DNA from: Candidatus Anstonella stagnisolia
GTDB lineage: Archaea; Micrarchaeota; Micrarchaeia; Anstonellales; Anstonellaceae
Reading direction: 5' to 3'
Assembly: GCA_902384585.1 (NCBI GenBank)
Contig: CABMCJ010000004.1
Coordinates: 770,086 to 834,085 of the forward strand
Length of the DNA stretch: 64,000 nt
The notes beneath the pieces are model-generated. The model was not told where the DNA came from. It saw nothing but the letters and a program-made list of their open reading frames with translations, and did no database searches. Shown here piece after piece: positions 1-8,579 of the stretch. The position numbers and the translations under genes are program-made. Every line of letters starts with the position of its first letter. Position 1 is the stretch's first letter.

Positions 1-1481
1 GAAGAGAACTCCTCTGCCTTTGCGTGCAGCCTCCTTGAGATTTGCGGGGAGAATGGGACTTCGCCTTCGGGCGTGAGCAGCTTTTTGCAGCGGGGAAACA
101 TGCATTCGGGCGCGCCTTTTACAAACGAGATTGCTCCATCTGGCATGTTGCGCACCACGCTCATGAGCTTGCGCTCTGAGTCAAATGGGACTTCGCCAAG
201 AAGCTTGTATTCTGTGCGCTCTTCCGCAGCATCTATGCCGGCTTTTTGGGCTGCTATGAGGATTGCGGCTTCTGTCGGGTCGCCTGCAATGCTGGAAAGC
301 TTCTCGCCTTCGTATACAAAGGAGGCGGTATTGCAGAGCGCGCCTATTTGCAATGCTTTTTTTGCAAGCTGCAGGTCACCTTCTTTTTGGGAGGACATTT
401 TGCCTCCTTCAAGGCCTATTCCGTCGAACTCGAATGTTGAGTTTTCAACCCAGAGCCTCGTTACTGTCATGCGGTTTTGGGTAAGGGTGCCGGTCTTGTC
501 CGTGCATATCACGGTTGTGCTGCCCAATGTCTCAACTGCGGGCAATTTCCGCACTATTGCCTTTTGTTTTGACATTGCCTGCACGCCTACTGCGAGGGTT
601 ATTGTAATTATGGTGGGCAGGCCTTCGGGAATTGCGGCTACTGCAAGGGAAATCGCCACGACAAACATCTGGTCTATGGGCTCCGCTCGCAGCACGCCGA
701 ATGCGAAAAAGAGCACGCTGAGCATTATTGCGACTATGCCGATTTTCCTCCCAAGCTCTGCAAGCGAGCGCTGCAATGGGGCCTGCTCCTCCTCTGTTGC
801 GGAAAGCGAGCTTGCGATTTTGCCAAACTCGGTGAACTTGCCGGTTGAGGACACGAGGGCTTTCCCGTGCCCCCGCACCACCACTGTGCCTGCATAGAGC
901 ATGTTGGAGCGCTCTGCAAGCGGGGTGGAAAGCGGGAGCTCTGCAAGGCTCTTGTGCACTGCGTGGGACTCGCCTGTGAGGGAGGACTGGTCTATTGCGA
1001 GGTTTGCGTTTTCAAGCACGCGGCAGTCCGCAGGTATTTTGTCTCCCTCGGAAACAAGCAGGATGTCGCCGGGCACAAGCTCGCGCGCGTCTATGAGCTT
1101 TTCCTTTTTGCCCCGCACAACGAGCGCCTTGGGGTTTGTGAGGCTTTTAAGCGCCGCGAGCGCGCTCTCTGCCTTGTATTCCTGCAGGAAGCCGAAAAGC
1201 ACGCTTATGAGCACTGCAACGCAGATTGCGGACGCGTCTATGCGCTTTCCGACGTAAAATGATAGCGAGGCCGCGAGCGTGAGCATTATGATGAGGGGGT
1301 TGGAGAATTGGGCAACGAATATTTTAGGCCATTTGGGGCCTTCCACTTCAACAAGGATGTTTTTCCCGTATGTGGAGAGGCGCTTTTGCGCCTCATCTGC
1401 AGAAAGCCCGCCTTCGGAGGACTCTGAAATTGACAGCGCCTTGCTTATGGGCACGGAGTGGAAGTGTGCGCTCTCTGCCAT
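1..1481 (-). CDS. P-type cation-transporting ATPase (P2-type, Ca2+/cation-pump-like), N-terminal 493 codons; the 3' end lies beyond the window
   Basis: Open minus-strand frame from ATG 1481..1479 to the window edge. It is absent from the ORF track because it has no stop here. Own translation: MAESAHFHSVPISKALSISESSEGGLSADEAQKRLSTYGKN... It has the actuator motif LTGES and the phosphorylation motif ICTDKTGTLTQN (around 470-520). Plus-strand ORFs 73..897 and 867..1262 are its antisense shadows. Confidence 0.9.
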   Translation of the reverse strand, partial: MAESAHFHSVPISKALSISESSEGGLSADEAQKRLSTYGKNILVEVEGPKWPKIFVAQFSNPLIIMLTLAASLSFYVGKRIDASAICVAVLISVLFGFLQEYKAESALAALKSLTNPKALVVRGKKEKLIDARELVPGDILLVSEGDKIPADCRVLENANLAIDQSSLTGESHAVHKSLAELPLSTPLAERSNMLYAGTVVVRGHGKALVSSTGKFTEFGKIASSLSATEEEQAPLQRSLAELGRKIGIVAIMLSVLFFAFGVLRAEPIDQMFVVAISLAVAAIPEGLPTIITITLAVGVQAMSKQKAIVRKLPAVETLGSTTVICTDKTGTLTQNRMTVTRLWVENSTFEFDGIGLEGGKMSSQKEGDLQLAKKALQIGALCNTASFVYEGEKLSSIAGDPTEAAILIAAQKAGIDAAEERTEYKLLGEVPFDSERKLMSVVRNMPDGAISFVKGAPECMFPRCKKLLTPEGEVPFSPQISRRLHAKAEEFS

Positions 1482-1535
1482 GGAAGGAGAAAGGCAAAGA
1501 AAATTTAAAAGGGAGAGGCTGGAATGCAAAAAACG

Positions 1536-3185
1536 TTATTGGAACTCGTTGAATTCCTTCAGGCTTGTCTGTTTTTTTATTGCGGCGCGCGCCGGGGATT
1601 TTGAAAGGGCTGGCTCGGATTGTTTTTCCGGTGCTTGCGTTTCATGCTGCCGGGGGCTTTGCGCTCTTGCTGCCTCATTCGTTTTTGCTTGCTGTTTTTC
1701 ATAGGATGCGGGCGCTCTTGCTTCCTTTTTTGCCTTTAAAGAGCCTACCCCGTAATCAGCCATCCCCTGCACAAGGGTTTTCATTTTCTTTTCGCGGTTT
1801 TTTGAAGCCCAGTAGAATGCCTCATCGCGCGTCCCTTTTGTGAGGAGCACGAATACCTTGCCTGCCTTTGCGCGCCCTGCGCGCCCGCGCCGCTGTATTG
1901 AGCGGATTTCACTTGGGATTGGCTCGAAAAATACCACAGTGTCTACGAGCGGGATGTCGAGCCCCTCCTCGCCTATTGAGGTTGCTACCATCACGTCGAA
2001 CTCGCCGTTTCGGAAAGCCTCTATTGTGAGCTTTTGCTGCTCCTGGGTGAAACCTTCCTTTTTGCCCATGAAGGTGCGGGAGCGTATTTTGTGCGCAACA
2101 AGCTCCTGCGAAATGTGCTCCACTTGGTTTCTGTACTGCGCAAACACGAGGTATTTTTCTTCTGGCGAGGACTTTATGAGCTCAACAAGAGCTGCAAGCT
2201 TGGGGTGCTCGCCTGCCTCTTCCAAGAGATGCTCGAATTTTGCAAAGCGGTAGTCCTGCAAAAGGCGCGCGCTTGCTTTTGTTTGGGTGCGTGTGCGTAT
2301 TTTTTCTATGTACTTTTTGCAAGTGGAAACGCCTTGGGTTTCAAGAAGCTCAAGGATGTGCACTAAATTAAAGAGGGTGGAATGGTGCGAGAGCGCTGCG
2401 AATCTTCTTCCGCCCTTGTCTGCGAGGATGCGCGCACGAAGTTCTAGGAGGGGTTTTTTTGAGTAGAAGCGGCTGAAAAAGCCCATTCCCTTGAGTTTCT
2501 CTGCCTGCTCTTTTGCCATCTGGTCTGCGATTTCCTTTGCTGCGAGCATCTCTTTTCCAAGCTCTACTGGGATGTAGCGCACATCAAGGGCTTTTACGTA
2601 TTGGGAAATTTTAGGGTCGGATGCATCAAGGATTTGCACGTTTTTTATGAGGAGCGCATCTACGATTTCCTGTATTTTCTTCTTGTTGCCGCCTGGGGAG
2701 GCAGTCAATCCTGCAAGAAGTGCATTTTTTGCGGCTGCGGCTTTTGCGACTAGCGTGTAAGAGTAATTCCCGACTGCGCGGTGCGCCTCGTCAAAAATGC
2801 AAAGGGACGCCCCGTCAAGGGAAAGCCTGCCTGCAAGCAAATCATTCTTTATGCACTGGGGAGTGGAGATTATGATGCGCTTTTTGTAAAGCTCGGCGCG
2901 TTTCGCTGCTTGAATTTTTCCGCTAATGAGCTCGACGTCCTCTGCGGTTGCGCTTGTTTGCGCGAGAAGGGTCTTGAGGTGCTGCTCGCAAAGCGGGCGG
3001 GTGGGCGCGAGAAGGAAGCACCTTCCCTCTTTTGATTTTTGGGAGATGAGGAGGAATGCGATAAGGGTTTTCCCCAAGCCCGTGGGGAGCACTACGAGGG
3101 TGTTGCCGTTTTGGAGCACAGAATTCGCTATCTCAAGCTGGTAGGAACGGGGAGGAAGCTTGAGGGAAATATCTGCGGGTGCCAT
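1536..3185 (-). CDS. SF2 DEAH-box helicase of the Hef/FANCM (ERCC4-related helicase) family; helicase core only, no nuclease domain; low-complexity tail ending in a PIP-like box
   Basis: 549-aa ORF with Walker A VVLPTGLGKT, DEAH box IFDEAHRAVG and motif VI SIQRRGRAGR. The C-terminus is ...KKQTSLKEFNEFQ. Confidence 0.8.
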   Translation of the reverse strand: MAPADISLKLPPRSYQLEIANSVLQNGNTLVVLPTGLGKTLIAFLLISQKSKEGRCFLLAPTRPLCEQHLKTLLAQTSATAEDVELISGKIQAAKRAELYKKRIIISTPQCIKNDLLAGRLSLDGASLCIFDEAHRAVGNYSYTLVAKAAAAKNALLAGLTASPGGNKKKIQEIVDALLIKNVQILDASDPKISQYVKALDVRYIPVELGKEMLAAKEIADQMAKEQAEKLKGMGFFSRFYSKKPLLELRARILADKGGRRFAALSHHSTLFNLVHILELLETQGVSTCKKYIEKIRTRTQTKASARLLQDYRFAKFEHLLEEAGEHPKLAALVELIKSSPEEKYLVFAQYRNQVEHISQELVAHKIRSRTFMGKKEGFTQEQQKLTIEAFRNGEFDVMVATSIGEEGLDIPLVDTVVFFEPIPSEIRSIQRRGRAGRAKAGKVFVLLTKGTRDEAFYWASKNREKKMKTLVQGMADYGVGSLKAKKEARAPASYEKQQAKTNEAARAQSPRQHETQAPEKQSEPALSKSPARAAIKKQTSLKEFNEFQ

Positions 3186-3247
3186 TTTCTCACTGCACCA
3201 ATAATAAGAGCAAAATGGTTAAAAGGTGCAGGAGTTTGGGAGGCTCA

Positions 3248-4978
3248 TCAGGTTTGCGTCTGGAAGCCCATTCTGCTTGCCTGCTGGACTCGTTTGGGCG
3301 GCAGAACTTCGGAAACCTTCTGCGCATTTATCCTAAACAGGATGTTTGTTTTTGCAGGGCCGTCATTAAAGACGAGGTTGGAAAGTTGCGCGTCGAACAC
3401 TTTGTCCACCATGTGGTTGAGCGACCTGCAACCACCGCCTGCCTGCACTGCGCGTTCAGCCAGTGGGGCATATGCATCATCGCTGACTTCAACGTTTATT
3501 CCGAGTGCGTTCATCCTGTTTATGTTTCTTACAAGTGCATTGTCTTTGCCTTCCCTCAGCACCCTTTCCAAATCAGCTTGCCCAAGCTCGCCAAGGGGTT
3601 TTATCGATTCTATCCTGCCTGCCATTTCCTGTGTGAAGCCCACAAGATGGACCAGATCGTTCTGCGAGAGCATGTCAGTCGGCATTGGCTGCACAAACGA
3701 GAGTGAATCCGCGAATATTATCAAGCCGCTAAATGGCAATTCCTGTATTTCGTGCTGCGGCCCGGTTGAAACCGTAAGTTTTGCGCCCGGCTCCACAAGC
3801 TTGAGAAATTCATTTTGCAATTGGAAGGAAAACGAATCGTTCTGCGAGCCTTTTTGGAGTATTTTGGCAAATTCATCGAAATAAAATATCATCCTGTTTG
3901 GATAGCCCCCGCATTTTTCTATCATTGCCGTGAGCTTTGTGAATAGCAAATCTGAAACATTCACCCCTTTGTAACCTGATGCCGTGAAATTTGGGGAGGA
4001 AATCTCGGAAACAGGTATGCCTGAAATTGAGGAAATAATGCGGATTGAGAGGGTTTTGCCGCTTCCTGTGGGGCCGGAGAGCAACAAAGGGTGGGATTGC
4101 GCAGAAGGGTCGGCTATGTATTTGGCAATTTTTAGCACGATGCTTTTCAATTGCTCGTCTTGGGCAATCACGCTCTGCCTTACGGAAGTGTAAAGCCCTA
4201 GGCAATAATCGCTGAATGCTGCGAAATTGCATTGCAGGGAAGCCGCCATGCCGTTTGTAACGTCCACAAGGGGCAGGTTTGGGGGAAGTTCGGGCTGCTC
4301 AACGCTGCCTTTCTCAGCGCTTGTTTGGGGCGAGGCTGCTGTGATTGCCATGGGCGCGTGCTTGCGGACTATGGCCATGCGTGTTTGTTCATCAGGCAGG
4401 TTCAGGCAGATATCCTGTGCTAAATCACGGGTTGTCATTTTGCCGTTCAGCGTGTCGAATATGCTATCCACCAGGGTGTATTCCGTCCCTACCTTGGTAT
4501 TTCTGCAGATTTCGTAGAAAGAGCCTTTTTTATAAAAAAAATCAGCCAGCAAGCGGGCGTCAAGTTCCATGCTCTCGGGCATTACCGCCACGCAGACTTT
4601 TGCAAGGTCAAGGAGCAAGCCGACTGGCATGAGGTTTTTGCTAGTGGGGGGCGAAATGCTGTTTCCGCGGAATTTAAAGTGGTACTCCGGTTCATCTTCG
4701 CTATCAACTGATTTGACCAGTTCGAGCATGTGTTTTCTGCCTGAAGCAAATGGCAACGTTTCGTGTATGCTGTTTAATGGCACGAATTTCTCGTATATTA
4801 AGTAATAGATATAATCGATATAGTCGCGCTGGTTGAAAAATGTTGGCAAATTGTTAAGGTTATCCATGGCACCGGAGGACCTCATCAGCATCCTGAGGAA
4901 TTCATAGTCAAAATGAAAATAGCTGGGCGGGGATGCTGATGCCGGATTATTGTCTCTTTTAACCATTTGTATCAACAT
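3248..4978 (-). CDS. ClpX-like AAA+ ATPase with an unrecognised ~280-aa N-terminal domain
   Basis: 576-aa ORF. The C-terminal half tracks ClpX by eye. Walker A is LLLSGPTGSGKT; SGYKGVNV sits at the GYVG pore-loop position; Walker B is MIFYFDEFAKI. GRIESIKPLGELGQADLERVL matches ClpX GRLPV..L.EL....L, and GGGCRSLNHMVDKVF matches ClpX GARGLRSI. There is no N-terminal zinc-binding domain. The segment where the ClpP-docking IGF loop would sit looks too short. Confidence 0.7.
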   Translation of the reverse strand: MLIQMVKRDNNPASASPPSYFHFDYEFLRMLMRSSGAMDNLNNLPTFFNQRDYIDYIYYLIYEKFVPLNSIHETLPFASGRKHMLELVKSVDSEDEPEYHFKFRGNSISPPTSKNLMPVGLLLDLAKVCVAVMPESMELDARLLADFFYKKGSFYEICRNTKVGTEYTLVDSIFDTLNGKMTTRDLAQDICLNLPDEQTRMAIVRKHAPMAITAASPQTSAEKGSVEQPELPPNLPLVDVTNGMAASLQCNFAAFSDYCLGLYTSVRQSVIAQDEQLKSIVLKIAKYIADPSAQSHPLLLSGPTGSGKTLSIRIISSISGIPVSEISSPNFTASGYKGVNVSDLLFTKLTAMIEKCGGYPNRMIFYFDEFAKILQKGSQNDSFSFQLQNEFLKLVEPGAKLTVSTGPQHEIQELPFSGLIIFADSLSFVQPMPTDMLSQNDLVHLVGFTQEMAGRIESIKPLGELGQADLERVLREGKDNALVRNINRMNALGINVEVSDDAYAPLAERAVQAGGGCRSLNHMVDKVFDAQLSNLVFNDGPAKTNILFRINAQKVSEVLPPKRVQQASRMGFQTQT

Positions 4979-5076
4979 ATATATTTGTTATGAAAAGTTT
5001 AAAAAGATATAACATTAGTCCCACATTTATTCTTTCGCAGGGAAAGTATTTTATCCTGCATCTCCAATATAGTGCC

Positions 5077-5712
5077 ATGAACACTACCACGGTTGGCGGA
5101 GTGAAAATCACTTTTTTTGGGCATGCGAGCTTTACGCTGGAGGGAAACGGCGTGCTTGTTGCAGTTGACCCGTTCGCGCCCATGCATTTGCAGCACCCCG
5201 CGGACGTTGTGCTGCACACGCACAACCATTTTGACCATTGCGATGAGGAGAAGACTGAGAAAGTGTCTAAATTCAACACTGTGCTAATCGGCACGAACTG
5301 CAGGCATCCGTGTCGGCTTCTGAAAATAGGGGAGAGCATAAAGGTCGGGGGAATCGGGATACTTGCCGTGCCTGCGTACAACGTTGGGAAGCCATATCAC
5401 GCGCGGGATGCAAATTGCGCGGGGTATATCCTTGCGTTTGGGACTACGAGGATTTACGTTGCAGGTGACACGGACGAGATACCTGAGATGGAAAAATACA
5501 AGTGCGATGTTGCGCTTTTGCCAATTGGGGGCACGTACACCATGGACGCTGCAGCTGCTGCAAGGGCGTGCGCGAAAATAAACCCAAGGATAGCGATACC
5601 TGTGCACTATGGGTACCTTGATGAAACAAAGGGGGATGCAATACTCTTTAAGCAGCTTGTGGAAAGGGAAACTGCTGGAAAAACAGAAGTAAGAGTGCTG
5701 ACGCCTGCCTAG
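5077..5712 (+). CDS. MBL-fold metal-dependent hydrolase (UPF0173-like)
   Basis: ORF 4990..5712. Start moved to ATG 5077 (MNTTTVGGVKITFFGHASFTLEG...). HTHNHFDHCD metal-binding motif. A paralog lies at 48565..49227. Confidence 0.75.
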   Translation: MNTTTVGGVKITFFGHASFTLEGNGVLVAVDPFAPMHLQHPADVVLHTHNHFDHCDEEKTEKVSKFNTVLIGTNCRHPCRLLKIGESIKVGGIGILAVPAYNVGKPYHARDANCAGYILAFGTTRIYVAGDTDEIPEMEKYKCDVALLPIGGTYTMDAAAAARACAKINPRIAIPVHYGYLDETKGDAILFKQLVERETAGKTEVRVLTPA

Positions 5713-5746
5713 CTGCAGTTCTTTTTCCCATTGGGCGGGCAGATGC

Positions 5747-6268
5747 CTAATTGCCGTTGTTCTTTTTCTTTTTCTCGTCAGCCTCGGGCATTGTGTGAAC
5801 TCCGGGCTCTTTCGCAAGGAGCGCGGCGAATTTGCCTGCCTTTTTCTCATCTGTGATGTGGGACTGCACGACTTCGCCGAATACTACGGTGTGGTCCATG
5901 GAATAGTTCACGTAGGAAACGACTTTGCACTCAAGGTTCGCGGCTGCCTCAAGGACTAGCGGGGCTGCGACTTTTGTTGCTTTTAAGGGAGTGAGCTTGG
6001 ACTCGGAAAACTTGTCAAGGAATTTTCCTGAGGTGCTTGCGCAAAGCTCAACTGCCTGCGCGCAGCGCTCGTCTGGGAGCGCAACCACGAACTCCTTTGA
6101 GCGGCTTATCAAATCAAGGGTGAGCCCGTTGTTTGTGAGCGCGACTGCGAGCATTGGGGGCTTGCGCGAAACAGGCATGCTCCATTACACTGCGGTAACG
6201 TTCACGCGCTCGTTGTGGCAGCTCGTTATGAGCACGTATGGGCGGGGGTAGAAGAGTTTCCAGAACAT
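5747..6268 (-). pseudogene. Flavin reductase-like / flavoredoxin-like (FMN-binding split-barrel) gene interrupted by an in-frame TAA at 6185..6187; the downstream part (5747..6178) is an intact 143-aa ORF
   Basis: An ATG at 6268 preceded by AAAGGTGAACAC (GGTGA RBS) opens the same frame as ORF 5747..6178. The translation reads MFWKLFYPRPYVLITSCHNERVNVTAV*WSMPVSRKPPMLAVAL... The stop sits inside the conserved N.(M/T).(V/A).W....(E/K)PP..AV.L block of this family. Confidence 0.6.
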
Positions 6269-6280
6269 GTGTTCACCTTT

Positions 6281-7021
6281 TTAGTTCAGGCTTTTGTAAA
6301 AGAGCGCAAGCGCGCTCATTAGCACGGGCGCGAGCACGAACATGTTCACTATTGGGATGAAACCAAGCACCAGGGAAAGCACCCCGAAAAGTATTGTGAA
6401 GATTATGCACTGCACTATGTTGCGGGTAACGAGCTTGAGCGAGTGGCTGAGGGCGCCAAGGGGCGTTGCCTTGTCAATTGCCGCCGCAGGGAAGCAGAAC
6501 ATGAAGAAGAACTTCACAAGCGCCATGAGGAAGAGCCCGCAGGCCAGGAGGGCTGCGCTTATGAGCACGTTCTTTGTGAGCGCAAATGCGAGCAATGCAG
6601 GCATTAGGAAAATGCCGAAAATTGCGCACAGGATGAGCATGAGGATGAGGAACCTGCCGCCGTTCTTTATGCCGTATTCTATCATGCCGAGGATTGTCGG
6701 GACCTTGCCAGTTGCGATTGAATAGCAGGCATTAAGGTATGCGCCTATGCCTGAAGAGACGAAAAATGCCTGTATTATGAACACTGCGAGCATCCAGACG
6801 CCGAATATTATTGCAACCAGCGGGCTTGAGATGAGCGTTTGCGCAACGTCCCCGCCTGTTGAGATTGCCCCAAGGGCGAGCATGGAAAGCGCGAAAAGCC
6901 CGAAAGGAAGCCCTATTGCGACAAGCATCCAGATGAAATACACAAGCGAAGAGAGCAGGTATCCGACGATATTTTTGGAGTATGAGGAAAATGCGCCCTT
7001 TATTGAAGTTAATGCAGCCAA
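6281..7021 (-). CDS. Polytopic membrane protein, function unknown
   Basis: 246-aa ORF with about 6 hydrophobic helices. Its stop lies 12 nt upstream of the next gene's start, so it looks like an operon. Confidence 0.5.
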   Translation of the reverse strand: MAALTSIKGAFSSYSKNIVGYLLSSLVYFIWMLVAIGLPFGLFALSMLALGAISTGGDVAQTLISSPLVAIIFGVWMLAVFIIQAFFVSSGIGAYLNACYSIATGKVPTILGMIEYGIKNGGRFLILMLILCAIFGIFLMPALLAFALTKNVLISAALLACGLFLMALVKFFFMFCFPAAAIDKATPLGALSHSLKLVTRNIVQCIIFTILFGVLSLVLGFIPIVNMFVLAPVLMSALALFYKSLN

Positions 7022-7079
7022 GCCATCACCAACCGCATTGAACTGTCTAAAGTTAAAAATCTAACTGAGGAATAGAATC

Positions 7080-7961
7080 ATGGCGGATTTGGGGGGTTTT
7101 GTAAATGAAAATTTCGTGCAGCCCATAGCGGAACGCACGGGCTACAACGCCGTAAACACGCTCGCGTATGCGGCAATTGCGATTTTGGGGCTGTACGCGG
7201 TCTATAGGGTGTTTCGGGCAAGGGAAGTGAAATTCGACTCCCATTTCGTATCTACGCTGCTTCTTTTTGTACTGCTTGGAAGCACGGTCAGGGTAATCAC
7301 GGACTCGGTGGACTCCGGAGTGCTGGAATACAGGTTCGCATATGAAACAAACGAGGCGGTTGCGCACGCGCTTTATTTTGTGCTTAATTCGCACATCTAT
7401 GATTATGGGATGCTCACGGTTACGCCGGGCATTTATGTTGTGATAGCGCTCTTGTTTGTGTGCACTGTGCTGCTGTTCCACGAGATGCGCATAATGAGGC
7501 TTGCGAAATACGTGCCTGCGATGCTGCTTGCGCCAAATTTGCTGCTTGCGCTTGCGCTCGGGGTGAATTGGGCGTATGCCGCGCTTATTTTGGCGCTTGC
7601 GGCAGTTGCATATTTTGTCGTGAAACTTGCGTTTGGGGCGCTTAAGGTTGAAATGCCATTTTTGGGCAAACTTGCAGTGTTCTCGCAGGCGCTTGATGGG
7701 GCTGCGACTTTTGTTGCAATAGACTTGTTCCCAAAGGGCGCGTATTTTGAGCAGCACGTCCTTTCGAGGGCACTTGGGGGCACTGAGTTGGGGTTTGGAT
7801 TGTTTTTTGCGCTCAAAGTGCTGCTTGCTGCTGGCGCAGTGTACATAGTTGGCAGGGAAAAGGCAAAGCAGGAGGAAAAGGACTTTATATTGTTGGCTGT
7901 AATTGTAATGGGGCTTGCCCCGGGCATGCGGGATTTGCTGCGCCTGCTTATTGGGACTTGA
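7080..7961 (+). CDS. Archaeal integral membrane protein, DUF63-like
   Basis: 293-aa multi-TM ORF. The N-terminus FVNENFVQPIAERTGYNAVNTLAYAAIAILG resembles the DUF63 family as I remember it. Confidence 0.55.
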   Translation: MADLGGFVNENFVQPIAERTGYNAVNTLAYAAIAILGLYAVYRVFRAREVKFDSHFVSTLLLFVLLGSTVRVITDSVDSGVLEYRFAYETNEAVAHALYFVLNSHIYDYGMLTVTPGIYVVIALLFVCTVLLFHEMRIMRLAKYVPAMLLAPNLLLALALGVNWAYAALILALAAVAYFVVKLAFGALKVEMPFLGKLAVFSQALDGAATFVAIDLFPKGAYFEQHVLSRALGGTELGFGLFFALKVLLAAGAVYIVGREKAKQEEKDFILLAVIVMGLAPGMRDLLRLLIGT

Positions 7962-7983
7962 GGGGCACTTAGAGGGTGTTGGG

Positions 7984-8568
7984 ATGGTGGAAATTGCACT
8001 TGAGGCGATTTTGAAATCTCTTATTGCGTTTTTTGTCATAATGGACCCTTTTGCGTCCCTTCCGGCGTTTTTGGCGCTCACGAAAAAGATGAATGAGGTG
8101 CAGAGGGCGCAGGCTGCGTTTACTGCGACGGTTGTTGCCGGGGGCGTGATAATCGGATTCGCCCTTGTCGGGGTGCAGCTTTTGGGGGTGCTTGGAATAA
8201 GCATGCAGAGCTTCCAGATTGCAGGAGGGCTGCTGCTGCTCCTTACTGCGATACAAATCACGTTTGGGATAAACTTCGGGAAAGAAGAGAAAAGCGCGCC
8301 AAACGTTGCGATTGTGCTTATAGGGGTGCCGCTCCTTGCAGGGCCGGGCGCAATGACAACTGCGGTGCTGCTTACGGGCGCGGATGGGATTTTGGTAGTG
8401 GTGATTGCGGCGCTTGCGGCAACTGTGCTGTCGTACGTGATATTGATGTGCGCAAGCTTTATTGGGAAAATCCTTGGGGCGCGGGGGATGGAAATATCCT
8501 CAAGGCTCATGGGAATACTGCTTGCTGCAATCGGGGTTGAATTCATAAGGATGGGGTTGGGGGGCTAG
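7984..8568 (+). CDS. MarC family (UPF0056) integral membrane protein
   Basis: Start moved to ATG 7984 with a GAGGGTG RBS 7 nt upstream. It carries the family motif FFVIMDPFASLPAFLALT and about 6 TM helices. Confidence 0.75.
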   Translation: MVEIALEAILKSLIAFFVIMDPFASLPAFLALTKKMNEVQRAQAAFTATVVAGGVIIGFALVGVQLLGVLGISMQSFQIAGGLLLLLTAIQITFGINFGKEEKSAPNVAIVLIGVPLLAGPGAMTTAVLLTGADGILVVVIAALAATVLSYVILMCASFIGKILGARGMEISSRLMGILLAAIGVEFIRMGLGG

Positions 8569-8579
8569 GGGGTGCTCGT

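Noticed and set aside
73-1262. Plus-strand ORFs 73..897 (274 aa) and 867..1262.
   Set aside because: They are antisense to the P-type ATPase, which has unmistakable TGES and DKTGTLT motifs on the minus strand.
6185-6187. TAA as a reassigned or read-through sense codon.
   Set aside because: TAA terminates many well-defined genes in this window at the expected protein ends, for example ino1, several operon junctions and the TAA-ATG couplings. A nonsense mutation or a sequence error is therefore the parsimonious reading. It is kept as a finding only as an interrupted gene.
7053-8546. 497-aa minus-strand ORF, the longest unassigned ORF in the track.
   Set aside because: It spans two well-supported plus-strand membrane-protein genes (DUF63-like and MarC). 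It is low-complexity (Ser/Ala/Pro/Ile then Lys/Arg-rich), has no motifs and crosses their intergenic region. It is an antisense shadow frame kept open by the skewed composition.
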